DNA of 64,000 bases from the NCBI GenBank assembly GCA_047967505.1, contig CM106538.1; one strand, 5' to 3'. The DNA comes from Dipteris shenzhenensis (Eukaryota). Made by a program: the position numbers and the translations under genes. Within the stretch, counting starts at the first letter, position 1. Each line of letters opens with the position of its first letter. The notes below the pieces were generated by a model. The model had not been told where the DNA came from, ran no database searches, and was given only the letters and a program-made list of their open reading frames with translations. Shown here in pieces: positions 25,161 to 37,700 of this stretch.

Positions 25161-25748
25161 TTTTTTTAGCAAGAGGTCATTCATCACAATTAGTTGTTGT
25201 AATGTGGTGTAATGCTCATTTTGCGGAAGTAGTTTATATGTTAAGAGAAGTGATTTTGGTGTTGAGTTTGTCTTTTTGTTTTTGGCATACCAATGGCAAT
25301 GTTATACATATTCAAACTTTGTACATGGGATTGGTTTGAGGTGATTGTAGTATTAGACACATTTGTATTATTCAAGACAGTGATTTACTAATTTTGTGCC
25401 TTATTTTTGTCTATTATTTATTTGTTATCGTTGTCTATTATTTATTTGTTATCGTTGTATTTATCATGCCATGTAATATGTAACCCATCAAGAGCTGGTT
25501 CGACCATGTGGTATGGCAGGAATAAAGTGCATAGCTCTCTATAGTTGTTCTCAAGACCACCGTTTGCGGTGTAGTTGTTGTACTGTATAACTCTTTCTTT
25601 TTGCGCTTTTTTGGGGTCGTTGTGCTAAGAGGGTGTATTGACTGGCAAAGCTTGCTAGGCAAATCTAGTGTAGGTGCTTCAAATATTTAGTAATGATATC
25701 ATCGAAGAAAATATTTGTACTATTTGGGTCTAATTGCTCTAGTTGTTA

Positions 25749-27600
25749 TCATCGCTTCAATAGCAACGTACATTTTTCTGGTGGACTTGTGTTGATGTAT
25801 TGAAAGCGCCTAGACGATGTTGAAAGAGGCAATGACAAAGATAGGTAAACTACTTGTTGGGAACTTATGTGTTGAGTGTTTAAAATTGCATTGCCTATTC
25901 GTTTGATACATTCGTTGGGTTGAGCATTTGTTGCCATACTTTGTGACATAGCTGCTTTAATTGCTTCTGTAGTCTCTTTATCTATTTTAATCATGTACGA
26001 TGTACAATACGCAGCAGCCCCATGTGGATTTAGTATGAATTGCACATCAGTGTTTGCTCCCCATAAATTAGACAACGTTGGATTGAAGTTATTTGTATAT
26101 ATGTCTTTAGGATCTGTTCTCAAGAATATTGTGGGTTGTGAAATAGAAGAACGTAGGCTTTGAATGTATACGTGTTGTGATAGTTTTATAGTTGCCAAGA
26201 AGGAAGTATACTCTAGTGACAATGTTGCATCTTCTAGTAGGATTGACTTGATTGTCTTCATGTTCTTTTGTAAAGTCTCATTATCTGAATCAAGCTGTAA
26301 TGGAGTTAGAATCTTTGTTGTGCTCATTGGAGGTCTCGGAAAACCAAATCTGCATTGCTTTTGTCTTTTGTAGCAAGTTTTGCAATGTTTGTATACTTGA
26401 ATATCCTTGTGTGCAAATGGAAAGAAAGAGATGTTTGTACTTATGTTTTTATCCACAAAAGCTTCAATTTCTTCCTTTGGTGAAATTCCAAAGATTGGTG
26501 CATTGTCGATCCATAGGAGGCTGTGGTCATGTTGGCTTTCGCTATTTTGGAACTCTTTGACAAAAAAGAAGTCATTCATTTTCCCGACAATGGATGGATC
26601 ATTACGAAGCAATGTTTTAAGAGCTTGAAATTTGTGCACATAATATCTTGCTGTAGAAACTGGGTCTGATCGGATAAGGTTTCTAACCTCATTGTTTGAA
26701 TTGCTTTGGTATGAGGTATTAGAATTTGGGTTTAGTTTCTTAAGGCGGGGGTTCCAAAGTCTCTTTGTAGATGACAATGTGATGAAAAAAGTTGGGGTTC
26801 CCAATTACCTTACCATTGCAAAAAGATTTTTTTGGAGATAGTATTTGTAGTCTGTTGATGTACGAAGGTGTGCGAAGTCACGTTAACCTATATTCGATTG
26901 CAAAATTTTCTCTATGTTAGTATCTATTAAAGCATCTTTTGCTTGGAGTACCTCCCTTGTGGTTGGCCTTTGCGCATGTGGACCCAAGATGAAGAAAGTA
27001 TTTGTTTGACGAAGATTTTCATTGTTTTGAAGAAAATCGTATGTCCACATTCATTAATTCCCACTTTGCTATGGTTTGGTAGGACGTACCTTCAGGAACA
27101 TTGTATGCTCGAGCATTGCCAAAGAAGAGTTTTGGATATGCAAGCTCTTCACAAAATTTGTCTTTGCAAATGCCTAGTGGCGAGAAACCTTCAAATGGAG
27201 CAACAGCAATTGTTTGGTTTTCATAGTCAACAACTTGTTGACTATTGTATATGTCGTGAACTAAAGTGTCAGTTAGAAGCTCATCCTCTACAATATTGTT
27301 GGGATTGAGTTCTATTTGATCATTGATTGCTTGTACACTTTGAATATATCTTACATGTTGTTCCCAAAGATTGTTTATGCATACATTGTATTGTTTGTAT
27401 AGTGGTGTATCCAACAATTCTCTTAGGGAAAGCATTGCAAGTGTTGGATGAACAATGCCATTCATGTAGCTATGTTGGTATGATAATTTTCGTTTGATTG
27501 CTATGGCAATTGTGTCATTTTCATCCAAGAAACGTGGTAGAACTTGCTGTGCTTTGCCAACATCAGCAAAAACATTGACAACACTTCCATGAAGGCCAAA
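25749..27600 (-). pseudogene. Helitron-like HUH Rep domain
   Basis: GTPTFFITLS (motif 1), FFFVKEFQNSESQHDHSLLW (motif 2), AAAYCTSYMIK (motif 3), CRFGFPRPP, NNFNP, and upstream EELAYPKLFFG. Confidence 0.9.
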
Positions 27601-28294
27601 TTGCCCTTCGTATGCTCATTCTCTAATTTGAGCAAATGGAATTCTGATAGCAAACAAAGCATGCTTCAATATCATTTAGCTTTTTAGTGTAAGTCTTCAT
27701 GTCTACCATTTTCATATTCTTTCTAGAGAGCATGGGTATTTTGTCGTTCTTGATGTCTTTGTAGCATAGAGTACATAGAAAACCTTTACTAGATTCAGAT
27801 GTTGATTCGTGTATTCCATTAGCTACAAGGAAAATAGCCATGTCCTCCTTTAGTTTTTTAAATTTTGCACAAAGTGTTAACATCCCACAACAAATGCATG
27901 GAAAACTAGGGGAATCGAGGGCCTTCTTTTCATATTTTTGCACACGAGATATTATTGTTCTTTTTCTCTTTAGGTGTTTACCTTGTTCTTGAGTAGGCTC
28001 CATTGTTGTGTTATTTTGTTCAAGGCCAAGATTTTGTTGAAGTATTACTCTTCTCATCTTGTATATTTTGTTCAAAGCATTTTGCGTTGTATAATTTGTA
28101 TTAGAAGAACGCTGAAGAAAAAAAGAAGCTATTTTTTTTGCAGGTGAACTTGGAAATTGCTAAATCAGGTCATGCAAACAGAGGTCATCATCTTTACTCC
28201 ATATGTTGTAAGCACATTTACCTTGTAAATGTTTCAATGGAGTAATTGTGCAAGGATAAGGTGATTCATCAAGCAATAATTCTTTGACATCACT

Positions 28295-29529
28295 TTATTT
28301 CTTATTGCCTATTGCTATCTTTGTCAACAATTTGCTTTTATTGAAGACTAGTAAAAGAAAAGAAGACTTGAAAACGGCATGCAAATGTTCAAGTATGTCT
28401 ACCACCAATGCATGAGAAGTAGAAGAATTTTCTACTAAATTTTGGATTGTTTCTATTGACACTCTTGTTGTTTTTGCAATCATTGCAAATGTATGCCATG
28501 GATTGTTTCTTGTCTCAAATGTAGCAACAATGTTTTCAAATAGAAGTGTTAGCAATTGTTGGTATGTTATGCTGGGGAAGAACTCTAGGAGCAAGGTAAC
28601 CTCCCCGTTTGACTCTATAAGTGCCATGAAAGAACCCCCTTTAGGTTCGAAACTCTTGTTATCCAAATACATAACAACACCTTCTTCATTAAACTCTTGG
28701 ACTAGCTGGGTGAGGGTGCTTTTTCGTTCTTTAACAAAAGATAGCTATAACAACAAAGAAGGAAACAACCACAAAAGTTAGACAATTTTTTAGCTCAAAC
28801 AAAAGACTATGGAAATGAATTGCTAGTGTCTAAACTTACTACTGCTCTATCTTCGTCTCGAGGCCCATCTGCAACTATAATTTGATCCACCATACCACTT
28901 ACAACCTTTATTATGATAATTGCAACAGTTCTCATAACATTGGAAACATTTAACTTGCCAAAATTTATATTTGCAACTGCCCAAGGAACATATGTGCAAA
29001 GAGAATGATGTAGCAACAAGCGAAGATTCCCCTCAAATGGTTCCCCCCTAATGATGCAAGTGGTTGCATCAACAAGTAGATAGAGTTTTGATGTTCCGCC
29101 TTTTGTTGGTCCTCTTGCAACTACAGATGCCCCCTCTACTCTATAAAATTCTCCAATTTGTAAAAAATTTACAAATTGATGGATATAAGTTGAAGAAATG
29201 AGCAAAGTAACGGTATGAGAACAAAATTTGTCGGTGAAGTCTCCTTTGAGGAATGTAGGATATTTGGGCTTTATAACTTTGTAAGTACCATATTTGCAAA
29301 GTAGTTTGCCCTCAAAATAAAATCTATTTGGTGTACAATCTGAGAGGTGGCTTATCCGTAGGGATACTAGAGAATTTCCCCCTCCCACAAAGTTGTCTTT
29401 GGATGGAACTATGGATTTGGCATTGGATGGGCAATTATGTGGTGAAAATTGCATGTTCTTGAAATCATTAACTCCATTGTATGAGTTCACTTCGTTATTT
29501 TCTTTGGAGAGGTGCTTGCTCATTGTCAA
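28295..29529 (-). pseudogene. Intron-containing OB-fold (RPA70-like) ORF carried by the Helentron
   Basis: ISHL..FYFEGKLLCKYG..LKGDFTD..QFVNFLQIGEFYRV resembles an RPA OB fold. A GT-AG intron at 28745-28839 joins ORFs 28807-29529 and 28295-28672 in frame. Confidence 0.55.
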
Positions 29530-31592
29530 TACAAATCGAAGTTGAAGTAAGATTAAAGATTGCTATAATGAATATCAAGACAAAATTTTATAGTAAAGTC
29601 CAATACTTATCAAAATGATATCCATTTGTCTTATGCATTCAATAGTAGAATTTTAGAAAAACATAGCTTTATATATTAGAATGTATTTCAATTGACATGT
29701 ATTGAATAGTTAAGAAAACAACATAGGTTATTCAAAATTACACTATTCAACCTCTTTAGTTAATTTACAAGCATAGAAATTATATATTTCAAGCATAGTT
29801 TCTTACATTCCAAAGTCATTAAATATCAAGCATAATTTCTTACATTCCAAAGTTATTAAATCAACAATAATACTTTAAATAATAATACAAAGTTTGTAAA
29901 AATACTTTCTTAGTACTTGCAACAACCTTGAAATCTCAATGAAATAATAACATTTGCAAGTTATTCCCCAACTAATCCGACTCAATGTTTATAACTTCAC
30001 TTGCAACTTTTCTTGGTGGGGATTTATTTCCAAGAGAGGGGTCCACATGAATAGTTTTATGTGAGTGTCGCACATAAGAAGTGATTGTTGATATAAAATT
30101 AACGTACTCCAGATTTTCTCGTACGAGCTTCTTCACTGGATTCAAAAGAAAGTGAAAACAATCAAAAAATGTAATTCAAAAGACAAATGCGAAAATCAAA
30201 GAAGAAAGGTTTACCTTGGGCATACGCCTCTTGGGCAACCTCATGAAAAGAATTTTTCAACGAGCGGCATGGTGTTTTCCTAATTGGACAACCCTTTTAG
30301 TCCAACCATCACAACACTTGATAGGATAGCAACACAGATTTAGCCTTCTTTCCCCAATAGTATGGCATCATTTGAGCATACGCCTATCTTCCTAGAGGTT
30401 TCTCCTACTCCCCATCCCATGTCTCCCCTAAAAAATATTTTGAGAAATTCATTTCTCTTCACCAATAAGTCTCCTAGCCAAACCCTACTCAACCCCTCTT
30501 TTATTTACCCCCAATCTATATGCGTAAGGAACGGTGCTTGTCAACACAACACTGATTTAGAGTTGGAATACATAGAGAATATAAATATAGTTTCCCTCTC
30601 CATCAAGGAAAATAGCTCACAAATCTATGTAATACCAATAGTTGGTGGTGACTTGGAAAAGAAGAAGATCATCCACATTATGGTTGGAGATTATTACATA
30701 TAAAGAACCAATTCAAGTAGAGCCACTGAAGAGAAGCATTAAGAAAACATTGATGAAAGTCCACTATACAAAGCACATAGCTCAAGAGGAGGATGAGTCA
30801 TCAGAGAAAGAGTAATCATGAGACCACGTGCCATAGAATCCTAGGTGTGACCATAAGACAAAGGTTCTCGCAAGCGTAGACCTAAAATATAATGCATGCA
30901 CATATTTTTTTTGATAATTTATTATACTCAAAGAGGAGACCATTTTGAACTAAACAAATGAACTTTTTGTTATAATAATTCATGTCCCTCAAGATTTGTG
31001 GGCTCATCTCTAATTGCAAACATTGAATTCAACCGGTGGATTGTAGTATTACAAAATTCATCCAAAAGTAGCACTATTCATATCTTCCTACTTAGAATAA
31101 TTGACATTAAAAAATCAAAGCGATTTGGCTGAATTTTTCTATGCATCAATAAACTTTTAGCATGAACACGAGAAGATGACCTGGTGAACAATCTCTCTAA
31201 GAGATTAGGATGTACCAAATTTTTGTGGACAACCTCATCCCTTGTGCCTCTTTCTAGTGTGTGGCATATGAAATAGAACAATAATACAAAGACATGTGCA
31301 GTTTAGTATGTGTGCTTTCTGAAGACTCAAGTTTTTGTGCTATCCATGTAAAGAGAATCACTATGCAAGGGAATAGCACGTGTGGCACCTCTAATTAGAT
31401 CCCTCTCGTATATTTTTTTGTGTGTTTATTTAATTTTAATCCTCTTTTTATGTAAACAATTCATGAAATACAAGAAAGTCTTCATAGTCTCTCCATTTAT
31501 TTTCTAAATTTTGGTTTCAAACATTTATCTATGTCGACCTTGATCCATGTTGCAATTTCAAGTGAAAATTTCCACTTTGCATGATCAAGATA

Positions 31593-32136
31593 AAGGAGTC
31601 TCGCTTTAGCATAGGAGGAAAACTTGATTGAGGTGGTAATTTATGCAAGAAAGCATAAGTTTCTTGCTATAGTGTGACTTTGGACCTTTTCATCTTGTTA
31701 CATGAAATCCCTTCGATCAACTTTGCCTTCTGTGTTCACCAATGTGAGATTCCTTCTAGATTTCTCAAGAATTGAGGTTGCAGTCTTAAGAACTAGTCAG
31801 GAGCTATATTAGAAAATCTATTACATTGGTAAGTAATTGCATTTTATTTAGTAAAACTTAATTTGATAAGAGACATTATGTGCAACTTCTCAGCATTGGA
31901 TTCTATCAAATGTGGTGCATTGTAGCAGTGTGAGGGAATCTCACTTTGGTGCAGAAGGCAAAGCTGATGGGGGTGCGATTTTATGTAAGTCAATGTTATT
32001 TTGTCTACAACACAAATTTAGGCATTTACAAGGTGTTTGGAGGCGCAAATTTGCGTTATACAAAAAAATGATGTTTTTTTGCATATAATCCTACCCTGAT
32101 CGACTTTGCCTACTACACCAAGAGTAAGATTCCTTC
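31593..32136. repeat. Two adjacent MITE-like units with ~40-bp inverted repeats
   Basis: The motif gatcaactttgccttc..caccaa.gtgagattcctt occurs in alternating orientation at about 31593, 31713, 31932 and 32098. Confidence 0.55.
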
Positions 32137-34305
32137 CAAAAAGTTTAGACATTTGATGATGGAGTAATGAAAACTATTCAATTATTGCATTAGTTTTCTT
32201 ATATTGCATAATGATTTTATTTAAGTTAAGAATTCTTTAGAAACATTCAAAACCACAATGGACAATGAAAAAGGGAAGTGGTTTTGTTTATAAGGTCTAT
32301 TACATTTCAATAATGAACCATAAATAAATGAAAAATAGCAATTCCAATTCTGCGTCTAGAAATGACAAGAGATTGGTCAAAAGGGGATCCATGCATTGAT
32401 TAAAGTATTACAAGGAGGCTTCATAGTCTATCTATCTTCTTGCTATTACCATAGTATCCAAAATATGGGTTTTTGAATCCTCGAGTATGGTCTAATATCT
32501 AATTCTCTTAGCAATAGTAGTAGGAGTGGCTCCTTTGGCAACAATAATAGGAGCGGCTTCTTTGGCAGCAAAAGACATGGCTATTTTTGAAAGTGCCATG
32601 CCATGTATGTTAGAGGCAAATGCATTTAGGACAGTGAAGCAGATGACCAAAATCACTTTGTCAACATTATGCCCAAATCACTCATGATAGTGTCTTACAC
32701 TTGAGCAACTCCGTTGTCCCATGTCATAATATTTTTTTGTGGAATACCACAATGATGCCTATGGATATAAGATCGTTGTAGTGTGCCACCACATGATTTT
32801 AACAAAAGGACTTGTGAACTGACCCTTTGAGATGAAAATCCGTCAATCTCAAAGGCATCTTACAATAGTTTAAGCTTAAATTTCAAGACTAATTGAAATG
32901 CAAATAACAATCTTACAAAAGGTATGTGTAGTTGCTTGCTAGCACATCAGCATCCTATTTTTGGAATTTTCTTCTTTGATTTAGATAGTCCTCTTGATTA
33001 CATCCTATCTTGTGCAAGAGGTTGAAGCTTCTTTGATATGTGGTACATCTAGAGTAAGCTAAATGTTGAGGGATCTACATATGTAAATGTTCCTAGTGTT
33101 ATAACAATAAGTTGTTCCATGTCTTGCTCTTGTGATACCAGAAATCCAAGACCTTTGACACTAGTGTCACACTCACACACATAGAAAGGGTTTGGCATAG
33201 ATTAAAACAATCCCAACGAAAGCACCTCATCCTCCCTCATGTTTTTTATGAAAATGGGGGCTCTATCCTAGTTCCTTGTGCTAAATGCAAGCTTGTCAGG
33301 ACTAGTTTGGACAATTGCAAGGCCTCCATTGCTTGTCCCCTCCATTTCTTGGTCAACCGGCTCTTCCATGTAGAGGTGAAAGTTAGCTTAAAGGACTAGG
33401 ATCTCTAAAGAATGGTTAGAGGAAGCGTATGGGGATGAAAGCTCTCCATCTTATTGGCCTTCTTAAAGAAGGAAAATGAATGTCATTACCCAAGAGAGGG
33501 ACCTAGTGCATATGTTCTCTATGAACCCTAAGCCTATAAGGACATCAATATCAACTTTTATATAATAGTAGTCTAGAGGATTACTAGCAAAACGATCAAG
33601 ACGCTCACAAAATAAGGCTCCTCATTGTACAAAAGGTAAGGTAATCAAAGGGAAACATCGCTTTGTAGACTCAAGTAGATATGCAGAATCCTTACTACAC
33701 TAGTGCATGTACTTGATCAGATCATGGAAGTCATATTTTTCTCCTTGGTATGTTCCTAGGACATCTAAGGTCTTGCAAAACAAGGGGAAAAACTCATCCT
33801 CCCTACAGGAGGAGAGCATGGATGTCACCTTTGTGCATATTAAAGTGATCGAATAGGAGCTCAAGACTATGGCAAGGTTGCGAATTCATACTTCCTTCAT
33901 CGTCAATTGCATGCTCTTGTTGTGCAACACATGAGTAGATAGTCCTTTGCTGTTGCTCATATTGACCAAAATATAGCCGCGATCCTTCTAGCCTGGATTC
34001 ATGTCGTCTTTGTAAGTTTCTTTAAACTACGCGAGACTCTAAAATCAAGATAGCGCACAAAGAAAAGATGGTTTGAACCTATTGGAAGCACTAGGACTTT
34101 TCCCCATGTGTCTTTCTATGCGGCATCGAAGTCTTAACGACATTGTTCGCTAGATCCTTCTCTTATTCCGGTTCATTGAAGCCAATGCGTAGCAAAATGA
34201 GGATTCCGGAGCTGTAAACTACGTTTCCAAAGCCCCGCTTGCTTCAAGCAACCCATCCCATCGGAAGCCAACTACATAAAAACATTTAGTGGATAGTTGC
34301 AATTG

Positions 34306-34324
34306 ATATATATATATATATAGA

Positions 34325-34359
<35 letters not shown>
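34306..34359. repeat. Compound (AT)n-(GA)n microsatellite
   Basis: Direct reading. Confidence 0.95.
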
Positions 34360-34361
<2 letters not shown>

Positions 34362-34757
34362 TATTGATGTCCAAGGCGATCAAGGACACACAACAACACG
34401 AACCAAATCCTTGACCACCAACACAAAGAGAGACAAAGACAGAGACAGAGACAGAGAATGAGAGAATGAAAAGCGTTATTTCAGTTCTCGTAAGCGTACA
34501 TATGAGTGACTTTTCCATGGTACTTTAAATGGTTCTTTGTATTTCAAAGTTCAAGAGTTACGATGGTTAACTAAACCTTCCTATTTTCAATGAAGCTTAT
34601 GCAAGTATTCTAATATGTACAAGAATTCTTTCTATGATTTTTCATTGCTCTCATGTAATTGATCCAATATACTCCATACATTCAAGACTTTTTATTAGTG
34701 TGTATTGGGAGTGTACCATAGTTCCAAATTACATGTTCTTTTTTGTGAGCCCCACTT

Positions 34758-37700
34758 TGTAACAACAGCAACTACTAGACTACTAATCTGTCACTTAAAC
34801 TAGCAAAAAGAACAGAAAAGATAGAGGGGTAGGGTTAGAGACACTCTCACGTGAGAGGGCATGGACTTGCAGCTCCATGGGCTGGCTAGCCATTGCTAGG
34901 GGATCCTTCTTGGGATTGACTCAATCACCAAAGGGAGTAGACTCCAATTTATATTATGATCAAAAGGTACTTGGAAGTACAGCTGAAGCCCCTTTTTATA
35001 TTATGGGAAAGTGGGCCAGCAACACTAAATGCTTATGGGATAACTCCCAAGGGCTGCCACATGGCATTACATGATTTAAAGTAGCATTTACAAAAGGAAA
35101 TAGTAGTTTCCTACTAAAATAGAGCTAACTACTAAGCTGGAAGTAACTACTGTTACAATCCCCTCCTGCTTACAAAAATTTTGCCCTCAAAATGAAGACA
35201 AATAGTACAACTGAAATGGAAAGAAGGGTAGGAATATTCTAGCCTGGTATGAGCAAGTAGGCATAGACTCAATCCATAAGATGTAGATGCTCCTGCAAAA
35301 TGCTATCTGGCTGCCATGTAGCCTCCTCCTCAGGCAGGTCTTTCCATTTGATGAGATACTCCACCATGGCTTTATTTCTGAGTACCTTGTCTCTATAGCC
35401 CAAGATCTTTTCTAGAATATACTCAATTTGACTTGATTCATCCTGGGAGGCAAATCTGCTCCAACTGGAATGGATGGGCCCACATACCTCTTGAGTAGAG
35501 AACATGAAATACATTATGAATCTTGGTTGTGGCTGGTAAGCTGAGTTTATAGGCTAAGCCTCCCACCTTCTTAAAGGCTGTAGGATGGCTGGGTGGAATT
35601 GTAACAAAATTCTGCTAAACACAACCATGTATCCCAAGACTTGTGTCTCAAAGCAGAAGTGTCTCAGTATTCCTCTACCCACTTGTTTACTCTCTCTGAC
35701 TAGCCATCTGTTTGGGGATGATATGCTGTACTACGGTCAACTTTGATACAATTTGAGAGAAGAACTATTTCCAAAAACCACTCATGAATTTTGCATCCCT
35801 ATCACTGACAATCTTTTGTGGAAGGCCATGCAACTTGAAGATATACTCCACAAACTGATTGGCCACGTGTGAAGAAGAATAAGTGGTCTTCGTAGAAATA
35901 AAGTGAGCTATCTTGGTCATTCTATCCACTACCACCAGAATACTATTCCATCCCTTCACTGTTGTGGGCAGTCCTGTGATAAAATGCATGCTGATGTGTG
36001 TCCACTTACCCTCAGGAATGGGTAGGGGATTTAATAGGCCAGCAGGATGAGTGTTCTCAGTTCTATTTTGCTAGCATTGCTCACAGCTCTTTACATACTG
36101 CATTACATCTTTCCACAGACCCTTCCAATAGAAGTTTTTTTAACCCTTTCATAGGTCTTATCTAGCCCAATATGTCCTACCATAGGTGAGCTATGAAACT
36201 CAGCCAAGGTCTGATTTTTGAATGAGGAATGAGGGACCAAATAAACTCTATCCAAGTACCCTAGCAATCCATTTCTTAAGGCATATTGTGGATAATCCAA
36301 ACATTGAGGGTCCTGAAGTGCCATGAAAATATCAGCAGATTCCGGATGCTCGATATATTCCTCATGGATGACATTAATCCAATCCTTGTAGAGGGTGGTG
36401 ACTGCATAACATTGACAACACCAAAGCCAAGACAAAGCATCAGCTACCACATTTTCTTTTCCCTTCTTATACTCAATGTCAAGGTCATAGCCTTGCACAA
36501 ATGCTAACCATCTCCTTTGCTTTGGGGTAAGAGTACTTTGTGATAGGAAATACCTGGAGGATCTATGATCAATTTTGACCTTGAAGTGGCTGCCATATAA
36601 CTAATGGTGCCATTTCTTGATAGCATTATCAATGGCAAGCATCTCCTTGTCATGTGTAGGAAAAATAAATTCCTTGTCACTCAGCTTCCTACTCTCATAG
36701 GCAATAACTCCATGACCCTGTTTTAGAACAGACCCTATGCCCCTACCACTAGCATCAGCGTCAATAAAGAAAGGCTTTGAAAATTTTGGGCATGTCAAGA
36801 TAGGTGCTGAAGTGAGAGCTTGAGATCATTGAAAGCTGCTTGGACAGATGAACTCCATGAGAAGGCTCCCTTCTTGAGCAAATCTGTTAAAACTGCAGCT
36901 CTCTTGGCATAGTGCCTAATAAATCTTCAGAAAGAAGTCAGACCAAGAAAACCCCTTAACTGAATGAGATTTGAGGGTGTGGGCCATTGCTTTACAACCT
37001 GCACTTTTGCTGGATCCACTGAGATACCCTCAGGTGAGATGATGTGATCCACGTACTCCACCCTTTGCACCATGAAAGAGCACTTAGAAGGTTTGGCATA
37101 TAGCTGGTGCAGCCTAAGAATCTCCAAAACCTTAGCAACATGATGCAAATCTCTTCCTTACTCTTGTTGTATATGAGTATATCATCAAAGAACACAAGTG
37201 AAAACTTGAAGAGATAAGGACCCAAAATTTGGTTCATCAAGTACTGAAAGGTAGCTGGGGCATTAGAGAGCCCAAAGGACATCACTTTGAACTCGTAATG
37301 TCCTCTTTCAGTTCTAAAGGCAGTTTTACTCTCAACTCCCTCCTTGATCCTTATCCGATGGTGCCCTGACCTGAGGTCTATCTTTGAGAAGTATTTGGCT
37401 CCCTTAAGCTCATCCAATAGGTCATCCACTCTAGGGATAGGAAACCTGTTTTTAATTGTCATTTTGTTTAACTCCCTATAGTCAATGCACATTCTGAAAG
37501 TCCCATCTTTCTTCTTAACCAATAGAATAGGAGAAGCAAATGGGGATTAAGTAAGGGTAATAAAGCCCCCATTTATTCCTGAATTTGTTTAACCACTTCA
37601 TCTTTTTCTGCCCTTGACAGCCTGTAGGGAGCTTTCTTGACAGGTTTAGCCCCTTCCTCCAAATAAATGGCATGATCCACTTTCCTTTTTGGTGGTAGAC

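Larger units (their letters stand above)
23145..29529 (-). mobile_element. Decayed Helentron/HLE2-type rolling-circle transposon, coding region (termini not resolved)
   Basis: 5'->3' order: OB-fold ORF (28295-29529), Cys-rich segment (27623-28075), Rep (25749-27600), PIF1 helicase (23900-25160), EEP/APE endonuclease (23145-23800). Confidence 0.85.
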
